Virus record (IMG/VR): IMGVR_UViG_3300017774_005323
Coordinates: 1-57,107 of that record
DNA: 57,107 nt
Source of the DNA: a virus
Taxonomy: Duplodnaviria > Caudoviricetes
Strand: one strand, 5' to 3'
Position 1 is the stretch's first letter. Each line of letters opens with the position of its first letter. Positions 29,355 through 38,846 of this stretch are shown piece after piece. The notes under the pieces are model-generated. The model made no database searches and had not been told where the DNA came from. It saw only the letters and a list, made by a program, of their open reading frames with translations. The position numbers and the translations under genes were made by a program.

Positions 29355-30751
29355 GTACAATCGTTACAAACCCGACCTTTGTCGATCCGTTTTTAGATAC
29401 GGAAATATTCAAAAAGTACAAAACAGCCGAAAGCATTATCACTTGCAGGATGGTTGCCGAGCCGTACAACATGCTGACAATTGCAAAGCATTTGAAGCCG
29501 TGCATGTTTTTTGCAGATAACAAGGTAGCTTTGGCTTGCCTGGAACTATACAAACTAAACCAGTCGTACGGCGCTTTCAGTATTGCGCAAAGAGCAGGCA
29601 TGGAAAGTGAGGTTGTTATGCAAATGACAGAACGCCACAGCGAAACGGATTTGATAGAAGCGTTCGAGGTATTTAAAACGATTTGGGGGCAATATGTCGA
29701 AGTGCATAAAGTTGCGCAAAGTGTTATTAAGTGGGCAATGGAAGGCAAAACGAGCGAAGAAATAAAGATACTATCCGACAAAGTGCGCAAAGAAATGGGC
29801 GCTACAATTGCGCAGGAAGACAGCGACGGGAAAAAAGAATTTGAAGCAGCGCTTTTTGCTTCGATTGATGGCAAAGTTATCGACTACCCTGTTAAGCCGC
29901 CAATTGACACTTTACGCCACAAGTTACCGTACTTAGAGCCTGGAGAATACGCTATTGCAGCAGGTCGCACGGGCATGGGAAAATCATTTTTTGGACTAAA
30001 CTGGATTTACGAATGTTGCAAAAATAATATCCCGTCTGTGTACATAAATTTGGAAAACACCCCAAAAGACGTACAAAAGCGGTTGTGGCAAATGGAATGC
30101 GGGGTAAAGTGGAACACGGACTTTTCGAAAGCGAGTGAATCGGAAATGCAGCACTATTTAGATTCGTGGGAGCGGGTAAAGAAGTTCCCTGCAAAGTGCA
30201 TTAATCCGGGACGAAGTCTTCAATCTATCCTTAACTTTTTGCGACAAGAATACTATGAAAGGGGCATACAATTTGCAACGATTGACTACATTCAGTTAAT
30301 GCGAGAAAAGGAAATACGCGGGGGCCGGGTAGATGAAATTGCAGAAATTAGCGCTGCGGTGCGTTCGCTTTGCCTTGAACTAAACATACCGCTTTTGGCG
30401 CTTGCTCAAATAAGCCGGGCGGGCGAAGAAAGTGCCGACAAGCGGCCAAAAATGATACACTTACGCGGTTCGGGCGATTTGGAGCAGGATGCAAGTACGA
30501 TTTTCCTTTTGTACCGCCCTGGATATTACAACATCGTTTGCGATGATAGCGGTCTGCCATACCATGAAAAAGCAGCCGAAATAGAAATCGCAAAAGGTCG
30601 GAATTGCGGGCCGTTTGGCGTTCGATGCAGATTTGATGAAGTGCATGGATTTTACAGCGAAAATGATACTTTTGTGGAGCAAGAAAAAATACAATGGTCG
30701 GGGTATAGCCAAATGGAAAGGCCCGCAAACATTAAAGACATACCATTTTAA
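29351..30751 (+). CDS. dnaB: DnaB-like replicative helicase
   Basis: AGRTGMGKS, IDYIQL, LAQISR, LRGSGDLEQDA, IAKGRN. Confidence 0.95.
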   Translation: MSTIVTNPTFVDPFLDTEIFKKYKTAESIITCRMVAEPYNMLTIAKHLKPCMFFADNKVALACLELYKLNQSYGAFSIAQRAGMESEVVMQMTERHSETDLIEAFEVFKTIWGQYVEVHKVAQSVIKWAMEGKTSEEIKILSDKVRKEMGATIAQEDSDGKKEFEAALFASIDGKVIDYPVKPPIDTLRHKLPYLEPGEYAIAAGRTGMGKSFFGLNWIYECCKNNIPSVYINLENTPKDVQKRLWQMECGVKWNTDFSKASESEMQHYLDSWERVKKFPAKCINPGRSLQSILNFLRQEYYERGIQFATIDYIQLMREKEIRGGRVDEIAEISAAVRSLCLELNIPLLALAQISRAGEESADKRPKMIHLRGSGDLEQDASTIFLLYRPGYYNIVCDDSGLPYHEKAAEIEIAKGRNCGPFGVRCRFDEVHGFYSENDTFVEQEKIQWSGYSQMERPANIKDIPF

Positions 30752-30753
30752 AA

Positions 30754-30975
30754 ATGAGCAAAGCAAAAAAGCAACCCGCCAAAAAAGAACAGCCTAAAAT
30801 TTCCATCAAAGGCCCGTTTGTGCTTGCTACGTTTTTGAGGGTATGCCGGGCAATGGGAATAATGGAAAACGATGCGCTTGCGCTTTTTTCTACGCTTCAA
30901 AAGCAGGGCGAAATAATGAACGCGGGCGGGGTTGGCTTTTCGGGACAAATAAAATCATTCACATATAAACAGTAA
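30754..30975 (+). CDS. Hypothetical protein
   Basis: 73-aa ORF in operon. Confidence 0.55.
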   Translation: MSKAKKQPAKKEQPKISIKGPFVLATFLRVCRAMGIMENDALALFSTLQKQGEIMNAGGVGFSGQIKSFTYKQ

Positions 30976-30979
30976 AAAA

Positions 30980-31147
30980 ATGCAAGGTTGGGAAAAATCT
31001 AAACTGAAATTTGAAAAAGGCGAATGGCGCATTTACTCGAATTGCGGGTGCGCTTTTGTTTCACTTTTTACCGCATTGCCTAAATTAATCGACGCTTGCC
31101 AGGGAGCGCGGGAAAAGTTGGCCGAAATTGATAATAAACCATTTTAA
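30980..31147 (+). CDS. Small hypothetical protein (55 aa)
   Basis: MQGWEKSKLKFEKGEWRIYSNCGC; fills the operon gap. Confidence 0.5.
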   Translation: MQGWEKSKLKFEKGEWRIYSNCGCAFVSLFTALPKLIDACQGAREKLAEIDNKPF

Positions 31148-31163
31148 AAATTCACTATAACGA

Positions 31164-31736
31164 ATGACAAAGAACGAGAGAGCGCAGCAGATTAACAGCG
31201 GGAACGCACTGAAAGGATTTTGGAACCAGCCGATCAATTACAGCGAAAAGTTGGTTTTGGTTGTTACCGAACTATCAGAAGCGATTGACGCGCACCGCGA
31301 AGGCCGATTTGCAAACGATCAAATTACGATCAACATGCAAACGCCTGACAGCGAATTTAAGGCGCTTTACGAACGCGAAGTAAAAGGAACGGTAGATGAA
31401 GAATTGGCCGATGCCGCAATACGCCTTTTTGATTTTATGGGCCGTTTGCGTATTCCGATTTCTGAAAAGTATCTTTTGCCGAACGGTTTGGAGGTTGACC
31501 CGGACTATTTCAATTTCGCCGATTATGTGGGCGATATTATGTCCTACGTTTTGGAAGCGCGGGGTTTTAACGGCGCGGTAAACTTAGACAATGATCGCGG
31601 GGGCCGTCAATTGAACACGGCACTTGCGATGATTGAAAGTTTGTGCAAGAAAATGGATATTGATTTGTATTTTCACATTGACTTGAAAGTAAAATACAAT
31701 ACATTCCGGGAGTATTTGCACGGGAAAAAATATTGA
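31164..31736 (+). CDS. MazG-like nucleotide pyrophosphohydrolase
   Basis: LVVTELSEAIDAHR and EELADAAIRLFD. Confidence 0.8.
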   Translation: MTKNERAQQINSGNALKGFWNQPINYSEKLVLVVTELSEAIDAHREGRFANDQITINMQTPDSEFKALYEREVKGTVDEELADAAIRLFDFMGRLRIPISEKYLLPNGLEVDPDYFNFADYVGDIMSYVLEARGFNGAVNLDNDRGGRQLNTALAMIESLCKKMDIDLYFHIDLKVKYNTFREYLHGKKY

Positions 31737-31757
31737 TTCACTTTAAAAAACGCGAAA

Positions 31758-31994
31758 ATGTCAACATTAAAAAGCGAAGCCACTAAAAGCCAAAACCGCC
31801 GCATTATTGAACACCTCTTAAAGTACCGCGAAATAAACCCAAAGCAGGCGCAAACTTTGTACGGGTGTATGCGCCTTGCCGCTCGTATAAATGATCTAAG
31901 GCGCGGCGGGGTTAAAATCCTGACTGATAAAAAATCTTACAAAAACGCGGCGGGGCATAATGTTTCCTTTGCTGTTTATCGGCTCGCAATATGA
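31758..31994 (+). CDS. Winged-HTH protein
   Basis: QNRRIIEHL...YGCMRLAARINDLR.GG..I. Confidence 0.75.
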   Translation: MSTLKSEATKSQNRRIIEHLLKYREINPKQAQTLYGCMRLAARINDLRRGGVKILTDKKSYKNAAGHNVSFAVYRLAI

Positions 31995-32138
31995 GAGGAT
32001 GGAGCGAACAACACACGGCGCTAAAACTAAAGGAACTTTGCGAAAGCGCGGGTATATCGTATGCGCTTAGGATGCAACTGCAAAGCATTATTGATCGACG
32101 TTCCGAAACAGCCTTCCAAGAAGGTGTAAAACACTGCC

Positions 32139-32654
32139 ATGAGCAATACAAAGCAAAACGATGAAGGATTGGTTTTTATGGGCGTTGATCCTGCATTCCG
32201 AAAAAACGGGTTTTGGTGCGCTGTTATTCGGAGGCCCGAAAATACGGTACAATTTTTTGAGTGCAAAAACCTGGGCGTTTTTACCAAACTTGTGATCGAC
32301 ATTTTTCCGCATCATATTTTAGTGGAAAACAGCAACCTTCAAAAGTTGCAATTCAACCCAAAGGCAAGCAACAAAGAACGGCAAAACGTCGGCATGAACA
32401 TGGCTGTTTCTCAAATATCGGTCGATATTGTTACGGAAATTTTAAAGCCTGAATTGACAGTAGAAATTTCGCCCAAAAAGAAAGGCGCTAAAATTGCGGA
32501 TCTGAATTTGTTTGAAGCGTGGTTAAAAGCCAACACATTGACACCGGAAAACTACAAAGGGAATAAGACAGAACAAGACAAGCGCGACGCGGCCAAACTT
32601 GCGATTATGGCGGAACAGCAATATAAGTTGCACCAAAAAGCAAAAAAGAAATAA
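32139..32654 (+). CDS. RuvC-like resolvase/nuclease
   Basis: FMGVDP, ILVEN and DKRDA RNase H-fold acidic motifs. Confidence 0.7.
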   Translation: MSNTKQNDEGLVFMGVDPAFRKNGFWCAVIRRPENTVQFFECKNLGVFTKLVIDIFPHHILVENSNLQKLQFNPKASNKERQNVGMNMAVSQISVDIVTEILKPELTVEISPKKKGAKIADLNLFEAWLKANTLTPENYKGNKTEQDKRDAAKLAIMAEQQYKLHQKAKKK

Positions 32655-32834
32655 CTTTGTGGTATGATCTACCTATTCATCGTTTGCTTTATTTTCATTG
32701 TCATTTTGCGCGAATTTCGCCGCAAGCAATAAACAATGTTAAACATGCGTAAAGTTTTGCTAAGCAGTGGTTTTGCGCGGTTATTTCTTTACCTTTGGGG
32801 TATTCTTAAACGTTTAACAAAAAATAAAAGAACC

Positions 32835-33230
32835 ATGATTTTTAAAAAAATTGCCGCACTGATTACCAAAACCGTTGACTTTGAAAACAACGAACTGGAA
32901 ACTGCAGTAGAAACCGTTTTGAACACAGCCGGAGCCGTACAAGTTGCGTCCCTGGAAGTTGACCGCCTTGCTGCTATTGATAACACGGAGTACACAGACC
33001 AAGCCGGAGCGCTGGTTGATCTTGCCTACACATTGGGACAGGCTTTGCCTGAATTGACAGAAGACCAAGCAACTGAAGTAAAAGCGACATTGGCGCTTAT
33101 CATCAAAGCCGCTACACCGGAAGCAGAAACCGCTCTCGAAAAGTTGTTCAATGCGACCGTTGATGCGGTTGTTGCCATTCAAAAATTGAATGAGTTGGCT
33201 GATTTGGATGCCGTACCACCTGCCGAATAA
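32835..33230 (+). CDS. Acidic helical protein in its own transcription unit
   Basis: TACCTTTG at 32790; terminator at 33272-33304. Confidence 0.65.
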   Translation: MIFKKIAALITKTVDFENNELETAVETVLNTAGAVQVASLEVDRLAAIDNTEYTDQAGALVDLAYTLGQALPELTEDQATEVKATLALIIKAATPEAETALEKLFNATVDAVVAIQKLNELADLDAVPPAE

Positions 33231-33304
33231 GCGAAGGAGTAAGAATAAAAAAAGGATTGTTGGTTTTGATTAAGCGGTGCGATGTATTTCGTGCCGCTTT
33301 TTTT

Positions 33305-33353
33305 GTCGTTTGTCGATAAAAGTTTGGAATTGTTAAATTGTGTGTTACATTTG
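33305..33353 (+). promoter_or_regulatory. Single-box promoter P5
   Basis: CGTTTGTCGAT with GTCGAT at 33312; TACATTTG at 33346. Confidence 0.7.
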
Positions 33354-33388
33354 TGCATCTTATTATTCACAATTTAAAACGCAATACC

Positions 33389-33745
33389 ATGCAAAAAGAA
33401 ACACCAGACTGGGAAAATGCTCCAACGTGGGCAAAGTATTATGCGGTTGAACCGGACGGGCGATCGTTTTGGTTTGAAAACACTCCTAAACCAACATTTG
33501 ACCTTTTTGAAGACGGTTCAAACATCGAAGGATGGTTCTCAGAAATTGTTGAAAACAGGGTAGGGAGGTTTGAGCATTGCGGGTACTCCACATTTGAGGA
33601 CTGGACAAAAACGCTGCAATCCAGACAAACACAATCTGTACAACCTGCAAAGGGCATGGTCATTGGGTTAAGTATGCAGCCCGAATTTTTCAAAGTAGGC
33701 AAAGGCCGAAACATGCACACGGGTTGGCCTGATAGCAGTTTTTAA
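33389..33745 (+). CDS. Hypothetical phage protein
   Basis: PDWENAPTWAKYYAVEPDG.SFWF...DWTKTL.SR, a pattern seen in small phage proteins. Confidence 0.7.
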   Translation: MQKETPDWENAPTWAKYYAVEPDGRSFWFENTPKPTFDLFEDGSNIEGWFSEIVENRVGRFEHCGYSTFEDWTKTLQSRQTQSVQPAKGMVIGLSMQPEFFKVGKGRNMHTGWPDSSF

Positions 33746-33769
33746 CGTTCGCCTAAAAAAATCAAAAAA

Positions 33770-34018
33770 ATGGCAAGTTGTGAAAAATGCTGGTCGGATG
33801 CTTATGTTAGGAGCATAGAAAACCCAATGAAAACCCAAACAGAGCATTATCAAGACCTTTTAAAAGAAAGAATTGAATATCGTTGTACGCCCGAACAACA
33901 AGCGGGCATATCTGCCGATTTTTGCCCTAAATGCAAAAGGAATACGTTGCATCAACATACAAAACGTTGTGTTATTTGCTCATATTTCCCCTTTTTAAAA
34001 TCACATTTAGCGGTTTAG
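33770..34018 (+). CDS. Zn-binding small protein
   Basis: CEKC, CPKC, CVIC. Confidence 0.65.
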   Translation: MASCEKCWSDAYVRSIENPMKTQTEHYQDLLKERIEYRCTPEQQAGISADFCPKCKRNTLHQHTKRCVICSYFPFLKSHLAV

Positions 34019-34157
34019 TGTTTATCTGATAAAACAAGGGACAATAAACAGCAAACACTTTGCCCGTGCCACATTGGTACGGGCTTTTTTATTGCCAATA
34101 TTTTGAAAATAAACTATCTTTGTAGTGCAAAAAACCAAACTATTTGCCTGTCATTCA

Positions 34158-35420
34158 ATGGGGAAAAGACTATATTTTGTATTAATGCTTGCCTTTTTTG
34201 CTTCATGCGCAAAAGAAGATGCGACGGCACCGCAAGCGATACCAAAAATTTACAACTTTGGAAAGCGCTATGTCGAAGCCGACACGCATAGCGTTTACAG
34301 TTCAAGATTTTACGGGGTAAATACGTTTCCCTGGGTTCCCGTCCAAAAAATCAAAATGTTCCGCTCCTTTCGCGTGTACATTGCAAGCGGTTGGATATGG
34401 AGACCGGGCGGTATTTTTGTACAACCGATGTACCAAGCCGAAACACAGGAAGCAAGCGGATTAGATGTATATTTTGCCAGGTGCAAAAAAGCGGGTATAG
34501 ATGTGCTACCCTGCATTAATCAAACGCCTGAATGGTATAGGCCCGAAAATGAATGGTCAGGATCAAACAACTACCCGCCGATAAAAAAGGGACTTGATCG
34601 CGAAAACCCAACTTCGTATGCTGATTATGCCGAATTTTGGTATCAGTTTGTTTGTAGGTATGGTTCGCAAAAACATCCGGATTCCGTGTTAAGGGTTGAC
34701 ACAACGCCGCGATGGTCGGGCGATATTCCAAATGTCAAAAGATCGGGGCTTAAATTAATTTCACATATCGAGATAGGAAATGAGTTTGACAGATGGTGGG
34801 ACATTGGAACGGAGCGGTATTTAACACCCAAAGAACATGCAGCGCTCTTTTCGGCTGTTATTAAGCGGGTGCGCGAAGCAGACAAAAAAATGAAAGTTGT
34901 AATGGCTGGTTTGACGGGTTTTGATGAAAAGTACCTACTCGAATTTTTGCAGCACTTGCAAGCGCTTGGAAGCGAACTACCCGATGTTGTAAACGTTCAC
35001 CACTATTCGCACTTAGGAAATATTTACGACAAATGGCCCCCGGATTGGTATTTGTCGGGCGCGTGTATGCCAAATGAAGATAACGACTTTGCAATGATCG
35101 ACAGTATTGTATCAATTGCCCACAGTGTAAATAGTCCCGTTTGGGTAACTGAACTTGGGTGTGATTCGCGCCCGCAAAGTTGGATGCATATTGAAGGCCA
35201 AAAATATGGAATGAGCGATGAACAGGCACAAGGAATGCAAATTGTAGAAACTTACAAAGCCTACAAAAAGGCGGGCGTTTCCCGTGCTTTTATGTTTATG
35301 GCAGCCGATGAACCAGGGCAAGGACTTTGGCAATCATGCGGGGTACTGACAAGCCAAAACACGGGGTACCTGAAAAAGCAGTCTTACGAAATTGTAAGGC
35401 AGCACATCTATCCAAAGTAA
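34158..35420 (+). CDS. Lipoprotein glycoside hydrolase, clan GH-A (GH5/GH39-like)
   Basis: Lipobox FFAS|C; EIGNE acid/base, VNVHHY, VWVTELG nucleophile. Confidence 0.8.
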   Translation: MGKRLYFVLMLAFFASCAKEDATAPQAIPKIYNFGKRYVEADTHSVYSSRFYGVNTFPWVPVQKIKMFRSFRVYIASGWIWRPGGIFVQPMYQAETQEASGLDVYFARCKKAGIDVLPCINQTPEWYRPENEWSGSNNYPPIKKGLDRENPTSYADYAEFWYQFVCRYGSQKHPDSVLRVDTTPRWSGDIPNVKRSGLKLISHIEIGNEFDRWWDIGTERYLTPKEHAALFSAVIKRVREADKKMKVVMAGLTGFDEKYLLEFLQHLQALGSELPDVVNVHHYSHLGNIYDKWPPDWYLSGACMPNEDNDFAMIDSIVSIAHSVNSPVWVTELGCDSRPQSWMHIEGQKYGMSDEQAQGMQIVETYKAYKKAGVSRAFMFMAADEPGQGLWQSCGVLTSQNTGYLKKQSYEIVRQHIYPK

Positions 35421-35459
35421 AAACCAAGTAAAAACCATTTTTAAAACAAACATAAACAA

Positions 35460-37028
35460 ATGAGATTAAAACAAATTTTTGTCATTTTATTTTTGGCCGT
35501 TGCTTTTTCGAGCGATGCCCAAATTTTCAACCCGTACAAACGAGCGCTTAACCGTGCCGAAAAGGAAACGGACGATCTAAAGCAGCAATGGCCAATAGTC
35601 ATTGATCCGATTGAACGAGTGCCGCAAAATGTTTCTAACACGTTCGCCGCATCTTCGCCCGATAATTGGGGCGTTCGCTTGGTTTTGCCCGATTCGATCA
35701 AACAGCGATTACAAGCCGAATGCAAGGGCCGCGTAGTGGTTAAGGTGTACGACACAAGCGGCGGAACGGCACATGCAGCGCTGCAACAAGGACAAATGCC
35801 AGGCAGCAACTACACAGGCAGCGTAAGCCTACCCGACGCGCAGGGGCACGGTACGCATTGCGCCGGGATCATTGCAGCCGATGGGTTTGGCGTACTTGAC
35901 GCGCTAATTGATAACGGCACTATTAAATGGAAACCCGTTAAGATTTTAGGCGATAATGGTAGCGGTTCTTTTGATTGGTTCCGCAACGCGGTGAACGGCG
36001 AAACGAGCGAAGACCGGGCGTTAATTGCGCAAGGTTGGAGCATCGTTTGTAATGGTTCTTTTGGCGGTGGTACTGCCCTGTTGCCAAATGTTGAAAACGC
36101 GCTAAGGGCATCGACTGATTTAGGCGTGATCTACTTAATTGCGGCGGGCAATACGGGCGCAAATGGGGTACAATATCCGGGCAATAGTCCCTATTCAATC
36201 GCGTGTGGTTCGCTCGATGACAATTTGAAGCGTTCGACTTACAGCACAATGGGCGTAGAACTTGCAGTTACGATGCCGGGGCGCAATATCTTATCGACAT
36301 ACCTAAACGGTCAATATGCAACCTTAAGCGGCACAAGCATGGCAACGCCATTTCTAACAGCGTGTGCCGCAATTGCCAAAAGCAAGTATGGTAATTTGAT
36401 ACCGGATTACAAGGCAATGAGAAAGTACCTTTGCTTTGTTGCTACCGATTTGGAAACGCAAGGGCGCGATAATCTAACAGGATGGGGCATTGATTATGTC
36501 CGGGGTATTTTGAATACAAGCCCTACGAAAGTTCCGCCAACATTTAACGACCAGCCAGGGAACGGAAACCCGGCAGACCCAAACCCGAATCCAGTTAAGC
36601 GCGAGTATCGTACAATCGAGTACACAGTTACGGGCGATTGGTCGATCTTTTGGGGGCCGTCTGGTAGTGCGTCATTGGATGCTGCTACAATGAAAACGAC
36701 AAGCAAAAAGGCAAAGGAGGCGGCGTTAAACACCGCCAAAGTAACGTCTGTCAAATTGGAGTATTCCACAAATGACTTTGCCGAAAAATCCAGCGCGGAT
36801 ATAAATGCAAACGTGCGCACTTTTTTTGCCGGGCGTGGTTTTATCCTGCCGAACCCTTGCGATTTTGCCGACGCTGTTTATTGGGCTGCATACTTCTTAG
36901 ATATGACGTTAACTCAGGATAAAAAGCAGACCTTTAGAATTTTGAGCATTGAAGGTAATGACGGCAAAGGCAACAAGGCTGCGTTTAACGCTTCACAGAT
37001 TAAACGATGGCCCGTTGGCAGCAACTAA
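35460..37028 (+). CDS. Secreted S8 subtilisin-like protease
   Basis: Signal SSDA|Q; VYDT, GHGTHCAG, AAGN, SGTSMATP. Confidence 0.92.
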   Translation: MRLKQIFVILFLAVAFSSDAQIFNPYKRALNRAEKETDDLKQQWPIVIDPIERVPQNVSNTFAASSPDNWGVRLVLPDSIKQRLQAECKGRVVVKVYDTSGGTAHAALQQGQMPGSNYTGSVSLPDAQGHGTHCAGIIAADGFGVLDALIDNGTIKWKPVKILGDNGSGSFDWFRNAVNGETSEDRALIAQGWSIVCNGSFGGGTALLPNVENALRASTDLGVIYLIAAGNTGANGVQYPGNSPYSIACGSLDDNLKRSTYSTMGVELAVTMPGRNILSTYLNGQYATLSGTSMATPFLTACAAIAKSKYGNLIPDYKAMRKYLCFVATDLETQGRDNLTGWGIDYVRGILNTSPTKVPPTFNDQPGNGNPADPNPNPVKREYRTIEYTVTGDWSIFWGPSGSASLDAATMKTTSKKAKEAALNTAKVTSVKLEYSTNDFAEKSSADINANVRTFFAGRGFILPNPCDFADAVYWAAYFLDMTLTQDKKQTFRILSIEGNDGKGNKAAFNASQIKRWPVGSN

Positions 37029-37096
37029 GAAAAACTAAGAAAAAAATAAATGGTTTGAATAAGGCCCGTTCGCTTGTCGTTCGGGCTTTATTTTTT

Positions 37097-37186
37097 GGTT
37101 TTGGTCGATAAATGGGTTAATTTTTGAAAAGTGCGTATAAAAGCACGGTTAAAAGTTTGCGCTTTGGTATTTATGTAATACATTTG
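37097..37186 (+). promoter_or_regulatory. Degenerate box promoter P6
   Basis: TTTGGTCGAT with GTCGAT at 37104, 75 bp before TACATTTG at 37179 (distal-box position is 76). Confidence 0.55.
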
Positions 37187-37215
37187 TGCATCATTCAATC
37201 ATAAAACGCAACGCA

Positions 37216-37596
37216 ATGTACAAGCCGCACAATTTCACCGCCAAAGTATTATTTTCTTCCGAAAATCCATCTTTAAACCTATCATTCGATGTTGAATACG
37301 CTGTTGAGTGTATTATCACAATTGACACAGAAGAAGGAACGGCAGAAGGCTTTGAGATTATACGCTCAGCCGTCCAAAACGGAACCTACGATGATGGCGA
37401 AACAGTATTAATGTCTGCCTGGGCATTGATTGATCCTAAAAAAATAAGCCGCAAAACATTTTCTGCCATTAATGAGGCCGTAGTGCAAGAGTTTTTCGAT
37501 GCGCTCGAAAAAGGCGGCGGCGATGGAGAGTATCAAAGCGAAGAATTTCCGGTACTGCCAGCGATGGCAGTATCGGAGTACGCACCGATTTTTTAA
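37216..37596 (+). CDS. Acidic hypothetical protein
   Basis: 126 aa; AAAACGCA leader. Confidence 0.65.
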   Translation: MYKPHNFTAKVLFSSENPSLNLSFDVEYAVECIITIDTEEGTAEGFEIIRSAVQNGTYDDGETVLMSAWALIDPKKISRKTFSAINEAVVQEFFDALEKGGGDGEYQSEEFPVLPAMAVSEYAPIF

Positions 37597-37598
37597 AA

Positions 37599-38072
37599 AT
37601 GAAATTACCCCGTTTTGAACACCTTTACCTAATCTTTGCCCCGTATGCGATGCCATACCGGGCGAAGATTGGTATTAGCATTGCAGCGAAGCAAAGAAAA
37701 GAACAGATAAAAGCGGAACTACGTCCGATGTTTGGGAACGTGACCGTGTACGCCGTAGGATTGCCCGTATTGTACGCTTATCAGATCGAACAGCGCCTAC
37801 ACCGTTTATTTGCCCGCTTTCAGTACAACGGCATACGCCACACAAACGGCGGTAGCGAGTGGTTTTGGTCTGTCAATTGGGTTTCGTGCTTAATCCTGTC
37901 AATTGTGCAATACTTTTGGTTAAGCGAAAGGCTTTTGTTATTGCCGTTTTTTGCTTTGTTGATTCCTTTGCCGATTGACTTTTTATTATTAACTTTGCTT
38001 ATATTCGCTTTTCAGTGGTCGATCATTTTGGGCGGCTTTTATGGAGCGTTTTGGGCGTTAAATTTGTTTTGA
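37599..38072 (+). CDS. T5orf172/GIY-YIG-like domain fused to TM helices
   Basis: AKIGIS...R...IEQRLHRLF...GGSEWF then hydrophobic C-terminus. Confidence 0.65.
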   Translation: MKLPRFEHLYLIFAPYAMPYRAKIGISIAAKQRKEQIKAELRPMFGNVTVYAVGLPVLYAYQIEQRLHRLFARFQYNGIRHTNGGSEWFWSVNWVSCLILSIVQYFWLSERLLLLPFFALLIPLPIDFLLLTLLIFAFQWSIILGGFYGAFWALNLF

Positions 38073-38075
38073 AAA

Positions 38076-38714
38076 ATGGCAAAAATCCTTAAAGTATCTG
38101 ACATGCGCGAATTTGAAGCGCAATTGGCACAAGAAAAAATCACATATGGGCGCATGGTTGAATTGATCGAAGAAAAGGTTTTGCAGGGGTGTATTCCAAA
38201 GGTTGATCTTTTGGCACAACTTGATAAAATGATTGAACAGGCAAAGGAAGCGGCAATGCTATATGAAGATAAAAATATGCCGATCTCTAAGCAGTCTTCC
38301 GGGGCTATGGCAATGGCATATCACTTAGTCAAAAATTGGGTTTTAAATCATATTTTTATGGAAGATAACGAAATCCCAAAAACGCCAAACTACGCTCCAA
38401 AAGACCACATTTCCAAATCCGATCTTTTGGCGCAAATTGAAACTACCAGCCAGGCAATGAAAGAAATTGCGTATAATGAAGACCTTGAACTTAACGAAAG
38501 GCATCAGGCCTATAATAGATTCGCGGCGCTTCAATGGATGAAAGACTGGGTGCCGCATCTTGCAAATGTTGCGAATGCTGAAAACGGGAACTTAGGCCAA
38601 CACGAAAACACGCCAAACCCAATGCAAGCACGTTGCTTAAAATGCAAGCACGAATGGAAAATTGAACTACCAGCGATTTACAAAGAAACGTTTTGCCCGA
38701 ATTGCGGCGAGTAG
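38076..38714 (+). CDS. Hypothetical protein with internal repeat and Zn ribbon
   Basis: Two I.K.DLLAQ...K.WV repeats; CLKC...CPNCG. Confidence 0.6.
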   Translation: MAKILKVSDMREFEAQLAQEKITYGRMVELIEEKVLQGCIPKVDLLAQLDKMIEQAKEAAMLYEDKNMPISKQSSGAMAMAYHLVKNWVLNHIFMEDNEIPKTPNYAPKDHISKSDLLAQIETTSQAMKEIAYNEDLELNERHQAYNRFAALQWMKDWVPHLANVANAENGNLGQHENTPNPMQARCLKCKHEWKIELPAIYKETFCPNCGE

Positions 38715-38846
38715 TGAATTGCGGCGATTAAAACCAAACTTGCAAAAGCCGAAACAATGTGCTACTTTTGTGTTATGAAAATGCGAGTGTGAATTATGTA
38801 TTGCGCTTGCATTTATGTAACACACATGAACAGTGTAAAAACAGAA

